Counted from the first letter of the stretch, positions 39,937 to 52,813 are shown. The stretch is 64,000 bases of DNA from Convolutriloba macropyga (GCF_964194025.1 NC_134470.1:68820001-68884000); one strand, 5' to 3'. Translations and numbers: made by a program. The notes: generated by a model from the letters alone, not told the origin.

Positions 39937-42900
39937 CTGGAACACATTTTGAGCTCAATGTTACAAAGTACGATAATTTTTACGACGATAACAAAACGAT
40001 AATTGCAGTTATTATTAATTTTTAAATTTTTGTGTATGCATGCATATTTATCCGCAAAATGATGCTATATTTCAAATTAGTACATTTATAAATTATGCCT
40101 TTTAAAAGAAATGTTTGCGGTATCTCAATTACGTCTCTTGTTTTAAGTACAAAATTGTTCTCGAAATGTTTAACTGGCAGATTGCGAGATAATACCCGCA
40201 ACAGTTTTGTAGATCTGCAGTCTCGATCTGTGATAGTAAAAGAAGCACCCTAAAGAAAATTCTTTTCATTAAAAGCCGAGATGTATTTTTGGTTAAAATT
40301 CTGTATAACTCAATGCTGCTTCTATTAGCTGCGCTCAAATAACTTTCAATTAGAGTGACAGACACCCACTTGAGCTTATCTCTTTGAACTAAAGAAAAGA
40401 AAAGTCAATTTCAGAGTGAGGAAGTCATTTTTAAGTGAGGTAGATCGCGTGTGATCAAAAACTTAATCCAGCGAATGAACAAAAAAACTTGCTCCACTGA
40501 GAGTGAAAAGTGACATCACGCACGCAATCCAATTCAAACTAATAGGTCCGTAAAAGTAAGCTGAATAATTCAGAAAAACTTTCACAAAATTTTGGAGGAA
40601 CATATGAGCGCATCCCATTATCTATTTCAATGATGCATTAACAAAAAACTGATTATTTGCATAGCATCCTAAAGTTATTGAAAAATACCACCTAAAAATG
40701 AGACCAATGCAATGGCCTGAAATATTAAAAACAGCATGAATTCCGCTTTTAAAGCATGATTCGTGCTTCATAAGGACAAGCCAGTCCAAAAAATAGCTAA
40801 ACAGATTTTATTTAAAACATTTACCACCGTCTGGAAGAACATATATGCGCATCTCAAAATAAACTCAATGACACATTTACCAAAAACTGATTAATTGTAT
40901 TTGATCCTGAATTCAATCTAAAAATTCTCAGAAGTAAAGAAAATGTGCGCAACGCAATGGCCAAAAATATTGAGAAAAACTGCTAAATTGGTATATAAAT
41001 AGAAATTTCCAGACAACAAACATCCGAAGCAATAACATTGAAAAGTAGTAGCCGCGCTGATTGCATCATGCTTTTCTGGTAAAATATGAACTTCTCCCAG
41101 CAGCTTAAAGCAATATCAGAACCTCCTATAAACAAAAAAGAATTTTAAAAACTTGGTGCAACTTTTACCTCTTTCAAAAGTAAAAGGCTGTTTCCAGTAA
41201 ACAAAACTCTGCAGGCGAGCCCAACTTAGATCTCGCAAAAAATGAGAACCCAAAGGCAAATAAGTATCTAGAAAATCCAGATCAGTAAAGCAAAAACACT
41301 GCATGAAAAAATTTGTTGGATAGCAATTAAACCTGCACCTTTTCGGACATTGACCTTTTAAGAGAGCAACTTTATCAGTCATTGACCTCTCACGATCTGT
41401 CGCCTTAACCATGGTGATCAAGAGCTCTTAAACAAGCTCGAAAGCTCTCAAACATGCTCTTCAGCAGCCTCTTAAATATGCATTTCGCCTTTCGTTAGAC
41501 TTGGTGCCTTATAAACTGTCATGCATTTAATTTATAGGATTACATGAACGAAAGAACAGAAAGCAGATTTGAAGTCAGATGGTCGTAACAAAAATCTTGT
41601 TGACAAAATTAAAAACATAGCAGTCCTGAAAAACGATCCAGAGAATTGAATGAAGAACTTAGATTTACTGTAGCTGACAAGAGGATCAATTTTACAAAGC
41701 CAGCCAAAGAAACTCAAAAGTTTAGAAACAAAAAAATCAAAGAAAACAAAATAATCATTACTAACTCTTGAATCTTTTACACCGAAGGCCCTACTTGATC
41801 CGATCTTAAGCCGAACATTAAAAAAAATGCATTCAACTGTGCACCGGCCTTGAAAGGGGTTTATTTGCCACTGAAGAAACTCGAGAATTGAAAAACTTAA
41901 AAATTGAAAACTGCAATAATTAAAAGTTTCTAAATTTTTCAATATTACTATCTACTAAACCATTTCTGTCTTTGAAAATGTCCAGTGAGACCAAAAAAGT
42001 TTCATTGGCCTGTAGAGACCGATGAAATAAAAAAATTTCAAAAAATTTGGAAACAGTTGCAATTTGAAATGTTACGTTGCTCTAAAAGGGTGATATTCAT
42101 TTCTTCAAAACCATTGCATTATCTCTAGAGAGTATCCAGTAGGCGATGTCAAACCTTAAAAAAGTTTCACTGGCTCATAAATGTCGATAAACCGTAAAAC
42201 AATCTTCAAAAATTTGCAAAAAAACTTGCAATACTTGCAAAAATCTTAAAATTAAAAAGTTTAAAAGCTTTCAATTGCCACTAAAAACTATCCAGCAACC
42301 TATTAATAAATCCTAGTGGAGATTTTCTGACACCTGAGACTAGAAAAACAAGAAAATTACAAAAGATTTTTTAAACTTGAAAAATTGCAAATTAAATCGA
42401 AAATATGCAAAAATTCGTAAAACTAACATTTAGAAAACCGTTCCCTTGTCATTAAAATCTATCCAGTAACCCATTTTGAAGCTCTAGAAAGGATTCATTG
42501 GCTCACATAAATAAAAAACTCGATGGCAAAAATTTTGAAAACAAAATGCAAAATAAATTTGCATTACTAAAACACATACCGCAAAAAACAGTTATAAGGA
42601 GCATTTCTAGCTTGCACCAGACCACTGGGAGCTCAAACAAATGTCAGTAGAAGTCTTGTTTAAGAGAATTCTCAAAAAACGGACAAATAAAAACAGCACA
42701 ATTTTGTGGTCAAAAACTTCAAAATAGACCTTCTCATCTTTAATTTAGTCGTTGAAAGCTTAGTACATCAAGTATCTTGAACACTACTAAACCCAGCTTA
42801 AGGCTTCCATTGCAACTTGATGCCCGCCGAACGTTGCCTGTTCATCGCGCTTTGAAATCTAAAAGTCATCAGAAAAAAACATCTTCATCAACATCTTAAA

Positions 42901-43014
42901 AGACAGCACACCAATACAATCCAAATCCTTCGGATTGTAAAAAACAAGAGAAGGCCAATAAAAGCCCCAGCTATCGCTATGCGGCCATTAAAAACAACAG
43001 TAGTATCAACTAAC

Positions 43015-43286
43015 TCATTCGCTTGTCCCTCACAGTTCAAATTAGCTCCCAACAATACAGTGCCACCGCAAGCTTCCAAATCAACAACTCCCTCGTCTGA
43101 CGCCCCACAACTGTTCTCAACCGATTGTGTCACTGACCTTGAGGAACCACGAGATACAGCAGCTTCTCTGCCCGCAGAGCCCGTCGTGGCTGTTGATGTT
43201 TCAGGCCTACACACGTTGTTCAATCTTCCCCATCGACTCTCAGGCGGGTCTGCCAACCACACATTTGCACCCAAGTCTCCCCCTCC
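43015..43286 (-). CDS. Ser-rich gene, internal exon C
   Basis: tttctattttag|GGA...AATGA|GTTAGT; phase 0-2. Confidence 0.7.
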
Positions 43287-43537
43287 CTAAAATAGAAACT
43301 GAATAGATCCAAATTTGATTTTAAGAGACCCTATAGACGAAATTGGTTCCATTTCTGGTTTAATTTTTGCTGTCAACTGTCGCCAATAAGCATGCTCTAT
43401 TGAATTAAACTGTTTAAAAAACCAACATAAGAGCAACTTAGACAACGCAAAAATGAGCATTCAGGCGTGAAAATCAAAACGGTCAACTAAAAAATCGCTT
43501 AACAGGACTGTTTGACAGCAGCCTCAGGTCTTCTTAC

Positions 43538-43794
43538 TTTGGCTTGTCGAGTTGCTTGGCTACGAGTGAAGTATCCGCCACCCGACAGTGCTTCCGAAGA
43601 GTGATCTGTCATGGCTGCTTCAGCTCCAACCGAATGTTGGTTAGTAGTGGCTGTGAGCCGCTGCTGTGTCGTCACACAATTAGCACCAGTAGAGTAAGAA
43701 TAAGAACATGAGGATACGCTTCCCCCGCCCGCCATCGCTTGCTGATATGTTGCTATGGCAACTGGAGTTCGAGGGGTGTCTTCGTCGCTAGTAC
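43538..43794 (-). CDS. Ser-rich gene, internal exon B
   Basis: ttttttgcag|GT ACT...GCCAAA|GTAAGA; phase 1-0. Confidence 0.75.
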
Positions 43795-44508
43795 CTGCAA
43801 AAAAACTAAGATGTACCTGAATAAACGACGGAGGGAGTTTGATAGCATTTCATGAATTGAATTGAATTGAATCTACTCGTGCTAATACCGGAATGCACTC
43901 TCAATACTCAAAATTTATCCGTGCGACAGTATTAGCTATATCGTTCGCTATCGACCTGTGCTCCATTATCTTAACGATTCAATTTATAACTACTTTTGTA
44001 GCAAATTCTCAATTCTTTCAGACTATAACGCCTCTTTGAAATACACATACCCAATAACTCACATTGAACTAACGAATAGGAGTTATCCACCCAGCACATG
44101 TCATCGCACTCAAAATAAAACCTCCCAAAAAGTGTGCAAACATTCAGTTACTAACGAAGCACAACAGAAATGTTTTTAGCAACTTTCAAGAGGACCTCTA
44201 ATTTGTACAGGGAAGCGCAACTAAAATATGGTCTATCAAAACAAACTCAAAAGCCGAAAAAATAGCTCCGAAAGACCAAAATTGAGTATCAGTATTTTAA
44301 CAATTGCCGGATCTGTTGTTTTTGAGTTTCAGCTTCGTGGACATAAAACCCCCAGCTTCGTGCGCACAAAACTTTACTTGTACGCCTCCAGGCACAGGTG
44401 CACTTTTACGTGAAACAATTTGTAAATGAGTGCAACATAACACTGCCATTTTTATCGGGGGGTCATAAATCGCGCTGGGGTCATAAACCCCAACTGCTGA
44501 AATCATAC

Positions 44509-44806
44509 CTCTAGGAGGATAACTCGGAGCAGCTCCCATGGACTGTTGGTCATGGAGATGGCACCCTCCTATCGTGAATGTAGCATGCGCTGAGTTCGAA
44601 CAACTCTTTGGAGGAGATTGCACAACGTCATCGTCGAAACTGAACATAGCATCACTCAAATCTACTCCCTCGTCCGCAGATGGCGATGTTGACAGGGGTC
44701 CCACTTCCTCACTGTCGGCATCCGGAATCATGAAGGACAACTGGACACCTTGCGGAAGAGGAGGCATGCCGGAGTTTGACCTCCGAATTACACATTCGCA
44801 ATCATT
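44509..44806 (-). CDS. Ser-rich gene, internal exon A
   Basis: cacttttacag|AAT...CCTAGAG|GTATGA; phase 0-1. An alternative phase-1 donor is possible at 44410. Confidence 0.7.
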
Positions 44807-46156
44807 CTGTAAAAGTGATGACAGCTGACCCAACAATCATTTTTATTTTACAAATTCCTTTTTACAAGTCGTAATGATTTAGTAGGAATCATTAGCAAAT
44901 TAGTAAGCCTTTCGTGTTTTAGTTTTGAAATTGATAGGTTACATCTATAATTGGCTACATCTCAATTCGCAATCGTGAAACTCATAGGAAATAAACAGCC
45001 ACTCGGGAATCAATAATGAACCGACCAGAAACCTTAACGGACAATTCACTTTCAAAAATCTGAAAGAAATCACTGTCTTGCTCTACCAGAATTTCTGATA
45101 CCTGGAAAGCAAATATTCTCAAATATACAGAAACAAAGAAATGCACAAAAAGACAGTCCAAAACACAAAAAGTGAACCGAGAAGTTTACCATACCCTTGA
45201 GTTAGTAGGTCATAAAATCCATACGATTAACCAAATACTAGCGACATTCAGAGTTAATTCTTTCAGCCAAATAAGGACCATCTTTGTGCCTTATAAAAAT
45301 GCACACATTATGATACCTATATAACCTAAACTTTAAGTTACTTCCGAATAAATCTTGCTCGGCAATGAGAACAATACAAAACAACGGGATATAAAATTTG
45401 AAAACACAGCTGGCAAGAATAACAGCAGCGAAACGATACTCCTGGTAAAAAAGAAGACAACTCAGAACATAGGCGCAAGCTGGTCATTCGCACAAAAATC
45501 TGAATTTGAATTGTTTCTTGATTTGCAAATCATCGAGCCTTTTCAATTAATAGAGCGAGCCCTCTAATATTATGGAGCTCGCGCAACTTCTATTGACCTA
45601 GAATTCGAGTTCATGTTCTCTGTTAAAATTCGAGAAGCTCAGTACATGTATTCTCATGTGCCATATATGCTCAACTTATGGCAATAGACATAAAAATTCA
45701 TACTTGAACAAAAAATTACAAATGAATAACAAAAAAGGTTAACCCAACTATTCATCCGCTGATATTGCTGAACACTGAATTACGAGAATGAACTTCAAAA
45801 AGAATTCGTTAAAAATTCATTATAATCCGAAAAAAACGGTGACAAAAGAACTCAAATTGACGACCTTAAACAAAATCCCGAAAACCAAAAACACGTTTTA
45901 TCATCGGCCCCAATTTTAGTTCCAAATTCAAACATCGAATTGCATGAACAGATTTTTAAAAACATAGCCCGACGAATTCAGGAGGCAAACCTCAGGGCTG
46001 CTTTCAACAAAAAATCACATCGTGGATATTTAATACCTGCCACAGTTTTGTCACTCTACTTGCAAGTCATAGAAAAACTCCTGTCTCGAATCCCTGGTTT
46101 TACAGCTTCACTTCCTATTTCGACGTGCCCAACGTCTCCGCTTAAAACACACTCAC

Positions 46157-46207
46157 GAAATGCAAGAATACTGTTGAAAATGAAGGCCACCAGTTCTCCA
46201 TTTCGGA
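46157..46207 (-). CDS. Ser-rich gene, small 51-nt exon (SEMENWWPSFSTVFLHF in phase 0)
   Basis: Strong polypyrimidine acceptor cctattttcctgctccattttacag and donor GTGAGT; reading phase uncertain. Confidence 0.45.
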
Positions 46208-46751
46208 CTGTAAAATGGAGCAGGAAAATAGGTGAGCTGGTTTGAGCAAGCAGAATTTTTGTAGAATTTAGAAGTAAGTTTGTATATTAATTTTATGGCA
46301 ATCAGGAGGCCACCAATTGCAACACTTAAAATTCAATTGCTAATATAAACTAGTTTAGTGTCAAACATTTGTCACCTCAGCCAGATCAGTCGAAAAATGA
46401 CCTGAAAAGGTTACTGATATTCCCAACTTTCGCATACCTTTACCCTCCTAAACCCCCCTCTCCACACCTGTGGCCCTAAGCAACAAACTTTGGCAAAAAC
46501 AACAGGAAGCAAGAAGAATTTAAAAAAGTAAAATAACGTAGTCATTGCTCGCATCTTGATTTTGTAGAGCCATTAGACAATACAATGAGAAAAAAAATCC
46601 GAATCGATTTACACTCGATAGATATACATACTGAAAATTCAAAAGTTTTGACTGTTTTTTGTAATAAAGTATATTCTCTTGAAGACAAATATTGGGGCCA
46701 TTTGACCAATTTATATTATCAAATGGACTTTGAAGTACAACCATCACGTAC

Positions 46752-46804
46752 TTTACTTGGTGTTCGCTTATTTCCACAAAGCATAAGGCGACAACTGCTT
46801 TCTC
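46752..46804 (-). CDS. Ser-rich gene, possible small exon
   Basis: Phase 1-0, which completes the frame chain; weak acceptor (ctttgattag), donor GTACGT. Confidence 0.3.
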
Positions 46805-47307
46805 CTAATCAAAGTGTTTGTATAAGAAGCACTAGTACAAGGTTATCTTTTTCAAAATTTTTAACAAATAATACACAAAATTATAAACAAAATTGGTTTC
46901 AAAATATAATGCATTATTTATTGCTATAACTCAATACTTCATCTTCCCCCTAGTAAGAATAATGCTTTTTTCTATCCCTAAACATTGAAAAGGTTTGAGG
47001 GCATAATTATCAAATGAATGTGCAGTGTTAGACTAGCTAAAGGACAATCTGGCGACCAAAAATTTATTAGTCGCAATTCGGTACGGCTCTGCGGCGGGCC
47101 TATACCAATTCACTTTTAAATTTCAGTCAACATCAGGGCTAAATTAACCTATGTGCAGGTTGAAACCTAATCATGTTGAAATCATTATTAACTTACATTT
47201 GACAGCTGGTTGGAATTACTGGTGCCGTTAACGATTCCAAATCCTATAACACAAAAAACAGCTGTATTCCCAGGTCTGCAGACTATTGAAATTTGTCAAT
47301 CTTTTAC

Positions 47308-47387
47308 CTTGAGTTTCCGGTGGAGATAAAATTCGAATCTGTGACGAGTTCTTTGAGACAGAATTATCATTCCCCAAACTTTTGGCT
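47308..47387 (-). CDS. Ser-rich gene, small exon
   Basis: ttttcattttag|A GCC...CAAG|GTAAAA; phase 2-1 matches the upstream donor. Confidence 0.55.
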
Positions 47388-47916
47388 CTAAAATGAAAAT
47401 CTAACTTATTAAATGCACAATCCATTGATTCCAACAGGGACAATGAGAATTAAGCATAAACGGCTAAGATCTTTTCATTGGAACATCTATAGGTTTAACA
47501 TTCTCCCATCATGTTCCCCATAAAAGCACATTGCGTATTGTGATCAAGGATAAAAATTGATTATGCTGCAATTTGTTCTCTATATGCGGTAGCGCACATT
47601 AAACTTTTTTCATTAAAATATGAGTTGAAATACTGCTAACATTTACAGTAGTTTTGAAAAAGTTATCATGTAACATTGGTGCGGATCTACAGTTAGCACA
47701 GGTTCAATTTTTAGCACTGGTTTTCTGATTACCTAACCCGTTCTACATTGGTATCTTAAAACCTGAAACACAGGTAACATCTCAAGCTCCATAACAAAAT
47801 TATGTTACCAAAACCCACCCCTTCCAAGAGCGCGTGCTATTTTCAAACAGTAAAATGCTATATACGAAAATATTAATTTCAACTGTAGGGTCTAAACAGT
47901 GCAAGGATTGACTTAC

Positions 47917-48326
47917 ATTGTATCGGATTGCATAGTTGGGTGACCACTGGCGTGGCGTCTTCGCTTTCGTTCATGAGGAATTTTGTTTGTGGCTTTACAG
48001 CTGGATCCCGGAGTGTGCGAACTACACGTTGAGAGAGTGCTTCGATTGCGAGTATGGTATGCATGATACTTGGCACTTCTGCGAAGCAAATAGCCCGGAA
48101 TTTCAATCTTTGATCCGTCGTTCAATTTGGTTATGAGATACGAAGCTGTGCTTGGATCACCGCAAGAGGTTCCCACTCGCGTCTCTATGATACCGCATTC
48201 GTTACAGGCTTTACTAGAGCACCAGTACACTCTATCTTGGGGTTTGAAAAGTTCGCACGATGGCTCGGACGTATTGATAGAAAGACTCCCAGACGTTGCA
48301 GAACTTGCGTCATTTCTTCTGAACAT
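47917..48326 (-). CDS. Ser-rich gene, putative first coding exon (possible Tudor/SH3-like segment, basic NLS-like KRRRH)
   Basis: ATG at 48326, GC-richer ORF, donor CAAT|GTAAGT (phase 2). The true start may lie further upstream. Confidence 0.65.
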
Positions 48327-50030
48327 TTAGCAAAGCTTCGCAGTCTCAATTTCAGAAGCAAATACGCAAGTCCGATCTATAAAACAATTCCCCATAATAG
48401 AGCTAAAACTCAACACTTTGTTCAGCAAATTTAAACCAACTTTTTTTGCACATTAACAAAACCGAGTTACACAGCTGTTAATTAAGGTCTGGCTCTAAAG
48501 CAATCCACGCTTTGGAAAACCAGTTTACCTCAAAAACCATTAAGCCATAAGAACGGTCAGTCTCCTGAGACAAACATTTCAGTTAACTCGAATTTCAATT
48601 CAGAAATTTAGTTCACGCCGGAGGAAATTTTCCTAAAACTTGCTCTCGCTTCTTAGCGTAATTTCAACGTACACTATCGAAGCAATTCTATATATATAAC
48701 TAACAATTATATATTACCCTCGAAATCTGTACTTCAAGCATGCAAACATTAAAATTCAGAGAAGCCATAAATGTACATTTCACGCTCCTACTGTTAATAT
48801 TTGCGGTGAAAACTATTAATGGACGGATTGGAAGTCTAAAGCATCAATGCTATATACTGGGTCATATTTAACAGAATTCTCATGCGTTCAAAATAATGAG
48901 GTTACCTGAAAATTGCGGTGCAAGAAACACTAACTGTTTTAAATGTCGCAAGAAAGTGCAAATTTATTAAGTAAAAACTAATTCGGGTTTACTATGGCTG
49001 CGTGCAACTCCGCTCCGTACAATCGGGACACCAAGTTTTTAAGATTCTTTTTTTAAAAAAAATTAGCTGACGGTGGTCGTACCAAAAAAATCAATTTTGG
49101 ACGCTCAGTTATCAGATTATCTACTGATAAAGATCAAGAGTAACACGAGTGTGTTTACACGCTGTGCAATTTGATGTAACAGTGAAATTCACTATTTCGG
49201 TAAGATGAAAAACAACTTCAGGATAAATTAATTGTCTGAGTAAAACGTTAGACAGATTTAATTCAATCCAATAAGCAATCAGTACCTAAAAGCCATCAAC
49301 TGTATAGCCAGGTGAACAGTGAAATTAAAATAAGATTATTCTAATATGTGTTCCGACTCCAGAGTTGGTGAAACTACATATTCAAAAGAGTATTCCTTGT
49401 TTAGCCAATCGATATTTTTCACTCCGAAAGAACTGAGAAGGTATCTTTAGATAGTTCGTTAAGCGTGACATGTGATCATTGCTTGATTTTCGCCAATTCA
49501 GGGGTATCTCGACGTATAGAATTCTCAGTTTCGGCACTTTTATAATCAACAAATCTAATAATGATTTTAGCAATATTTTCAATTAATCATAACTGGTTGC
49601 TAAAAAGTTTGGCATGAAAACTTTTAAAGGAGTGAAGTTAACTTTGCGTCAATTTAGCAACAATTCGGCTCCAAATCAGTTTCTTTTAAAATTTGATTTT
49701 GTTTTTCTAATTCCATAATTTTGCTTCAATAGAAATTAACATTTGATGCAAGGGCCGAACAAACCTGTTTTGTTTAGTGATATTTTCTTGAAGTTAATAT
49801 TTTGTCAAATTTGCAAGCAATTCACGTAGTGTTCCCAGACGATTTTAATCGCAGGACAAATTCTTGTGTTGACAATAGGTCTAAAATCATCAGTCTAAAA
49901 TTCTTCGCGACAATATTTAAAACTAACCGATTAAGGTTGGAAGAATTAATCTCGAACTACAGGCCGGGGAAATTCAATTTAGGGTGTGGCTCAGTCATGT
50001 TTTAATTGTGCAAAAACGCCCCCACACTTT

Positions 50031-50089
50031 TTCCGACACCTGACCTCCAAGTTGACAGTCAGACATCTTAACCACTCAGTTACAATGCC
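50031..50089 (-). mobile_element. Degenerate tRNA-like/SINE head
   Basis: GGCATTGTAACTGAGTGGTTAAGATGTCTGACTGTCAACTTGGAGGTC: A box plus an anticodon-arm-like segment; B box decayed. Confidence 0.3.
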
Positions 50090-50899
50090 TTTAATTTCCT
50101 TTCGCTCAATTGCATTTACCACCGAACTTTGTTTCAGATCAAACGTAACTTATCACTAAAATATGAAAAACTCAAAAACAATCAGGAAGTCAAAAGAGAA
50201 TTTTATAGAACAAAAGCGCAAAAACTGGCAAAACGCAAAAACGGTCATTAGATCATTGAAAAATCTGCCCTATTTCTAAGCAAGACAGTACAATAAAAAG
50301 TGACACAGAATTAGCAGAGAAACTAGTCAATTCGTTCAAAAGGTTATCGCAAAAAATGACAAAAGACTTCAAATTAAAAGTTTAATATAAAAGTTTTGAA
50401 AATTCCGCATACAATCAAATGTTTTTGCTCGCTTGCACCAAACAGAAAGAGCATTAGAAATTATCACCATATTCTCTGGTCTTCCATGTTCATAGCTTAA
50501 ACCACATGCTTTTCTCATGCAACATTTCCCGTTTTAAAAAGACGCTCTACCAATATTCCTTTTCGAATTGTAAAAAAAAACAGCACCCTGCTTTCAATTC
50601 GATTACTTTGAATTGTACTGCGCACTACTGATGCTCTAGTCAGTCTTTTGAAAACCTCATCAAATACACTATCACAACTTTTTTTTGCTTCGAAAGATTG
50701 AGGATGTGAGGATTCGGAACATTTCGCGGACGCACATCGCCAAGCATCGACCGTGTTAATTTTTTTTGAGATCTGAGATTGGTTTTCGTGGCTGAAGTGG
50801 CAGAACGGTTAAGAACTCCACAAAAACAGTGGGAATCAAAACAGCATTCTTATAATATTCTTTTTTACTGTATTGTTTTAACATCGCATTTATTCTTGA

Positions 50900-52402
50900 T
50901 TAAGTAATCGTAAAGTCAGAAGTTTGTAAGGGTAAAACACTCTCTGATTCAGTTTTGCCACTACAATACAAAATTCTGATTGACCAACTATGGTCAAGAT
51001 CCAGATCATCTATAAAAGTTATCAATTGTTTAGATAATGATAATTTCAGCACTACAAAAATGTCCTTCAACCTCAAATATTTTATGCATTTATGGGCTTG
51101 AAGGGCGCTTTTTTCTTTCGTGACGACATTTCTTAACTCATTCAGGTCATTCTGTCCCAATGCGTAATTCTCAATGAACACTTCCGACTCTTCGTCAAAG
51201 TAACTTTCGTCATAAAAATCAATGGTTAGAACCTTCAAACTCTTCTGGAACTCGAGCAATGGAAGTATCAATTGTTTCACATAGTCAGTGTACGACATGC
51301 TGGCAAGCTTATGACTGACGAAGACAAAGGTTTCTAACTGAAACGCAAATTCTTCCACATTCTTTTTACTAACGGGCATTTCATAACTTTTCCAATACGT
51401 TTGTATCATCAAATTCTTAATAAAGGACGAGTTGACGATAAACTTTAACAGAATAAAATTTATTTTTACTGTTGTGCATGAACGCGGCAAATCAAAATTG
51501 GCAATATTGCTGATGACTTCATTTTGAAGGAATCCAATCGATAATGATGATAAATTAGAGAAGTGATTTTGAATTATGGAAAAGTCAAAATTCGTAACAT
51601 TTTCCACATTACCAATAGCAAGATGCTTGACATTTTGTAATGAGACTTCCTTTAATTCTGAGATACAACTATCATCCAAGTTGCGAAGATGGTGAACCAA
51701 TATTTTGCACGCACCTCTAGTTAGAGCAAGCTGTTTCCAGGCGATAGCTCTGTCTGATGCCAACTGTACTTGTCTTACGTTTGAAAATATCCACCAAATT
51801 CGGCAAAATAAGATAGACAATTGCATTTCATCTTCTAAATCGTCCACAATCCGTAATTTTATGACACGATCAGATAATACTTGCGGCATGGGTTTCTCCC
51901 GAAATTTTCCGAGACCTACTTTTAAATCTATTTCAGCCGATGGAGACAACAGAGGATGAAATAATTTGAGGATCTCGTTGTAACTCTTGGGAACTCCAAC
52001 CACGTCAATTTTGAGATAACAAACGTTTCTAGCCATCGGCTGATATTTGCTCAACTTCACAACAAAATTTTGCACTGAAGTCCAATCCAATTCAGAAGTC
52101 GGCAGCTCAACGTCGCAAACAGTGCATCTCCAATTAAATTCGGTGCTCACCAACGTTAGAAAATTGTCCTGCAGCTCAAGATAGTTATCACCTATCTCTT
52201 GAATCGCTTGGTAATAATCATGCACCAAAGAAAACTTCAAGTAGCTCTCCCTGACAACCTGGTCGAAGTGACGATTGGTTGTCCTTAATCTTAGCAAATG
52301 TCTTACGCCCCCACTAAACCAGCAGTGATAAACCGTAGGGTCATCCATTAAGTATTGGCAGATTCGCTGAAGTATGTGAAATGGTAAATTTTGGACACTC
52401 AT
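50900..52402 (-). CDS. F-box-like protein with LRR-like C-terminal region (500 aa, uninterrupted ORF)
   Basis: N-terminal VQNLPFHILQRICQYL...LRLRTTNRHF matches the F-box pattern; LxxLxL repeats (LQNVKHLAI, FSNLSSLSI, SLKVLTID); longest ORF in the window. Confidence 0.8.
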   Translation of the reverse strand: MSVQNLPFHILQRICQYLMDDPTVYHCWFSGGVRHLLRLRTTNRHFDQVVRESYLKFSLVHDYYQAIQEIGDNYLELQDNFLTLVSTEFNWRCTVCDVELPTSELDWTSVQNFVVKLSKYQPMARNVCYLKIDVVGVPKSYNEILKLFHPLLSPSAEIDLKVGLGKFREKPMPQVLSDRVIKLRIVDDLEDEMQLSILFCRIWWIFSNVRQVQLASDRAIAWKQLALTRGACKILVHHLRNLDDSCISELKEVSLQNVKHLAIGNVENVTNFDFSIIQNHFSNLSSLSIGFLQNEVISNIANFDLPRSCTTVKINFILLKFIVNSSFIKNLMIQTYWKSYEMPVSKKNVEEFAFQLETFVFVSHKLASMSYTDYVKQLILPLLEFQKSLKVLTIDFYDESYFDEESEVFIENYALGQNDLNELRNVVTKEKSALQAHKCIKYLRLKDIFVVLKLSLSKQLITFIDDLDLDHSWSIRILYCSGKTESESVLPLQTSDFTIT

Positions 52403-52641
52403 CTTGACGTCTGTAAAATCTCAATTAGTTGTTAAGAAGCTAAATCAATTATAAAATTTCGTGTACAAACGTTTTCGCTATATCTAGCATCATCAGCTAA
52501 AATGCAAGTTATACTATTTACAAATAAAATATTTTTTTCTAGTGATAGAAAGGGGGTTGGCTCTTCAGCCGCGTAGGACAATCCAATAGATGAGTACTGA
52601 TCCCCTACTATGAGACATTACTGCATCGTATATAATTTTAA

Positions 52642-52813
52642 GGATTTTTTCCGTTTGTGCCCCCCGCCCCAGCTTGGTAGGAGCATATTATTTGCACCCC
52701 AAGACGCACGTGGCATAATGATTTACTATGTAACGGCACGAGCTCTATAACTGAGGGGGGGGGGGGGGGGTGGGGGTGCATAACGTACTGGAGGGCACAA
52801 ACGGAAAAGATCC
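52642..52813 (+). mobile_element. Merlin-like MITE (172 bp) with perfect 8-bp TSD
   Basis: TIRs ggattttttccgtttgtgccc / gggcacaaacggaaaagatcc; TSD AATTTTAA at 52634-52641 and 52814-52821; same family as 14474-14649. Confidence 0.85.

Larger units (their letters stand above)
37193..41094. repeat. Recent tandem duplication containing an exon (37193-38940 and 38935-41094)
   Basis: Offset 1742 bp; near-identical; junction microhomology AACTTC; the left copy lacks ~412 bp (40631-41042). Confidence 0.9.

Noticed and set aside
41116-41942. ORFs of 101 and 136 aa within the intron
   Set aside because: F/L-biased low-complexity translation, no good splice sites, and not needed for phase continuity of the gene model.
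49382-50005. Possible decayed LRR/F-box paralog (LLDLLIIKVPKLRILYVEIP)
   Set aside because: A single short motif amid many stops; no alignable similarity to the adjacent gene by eye.
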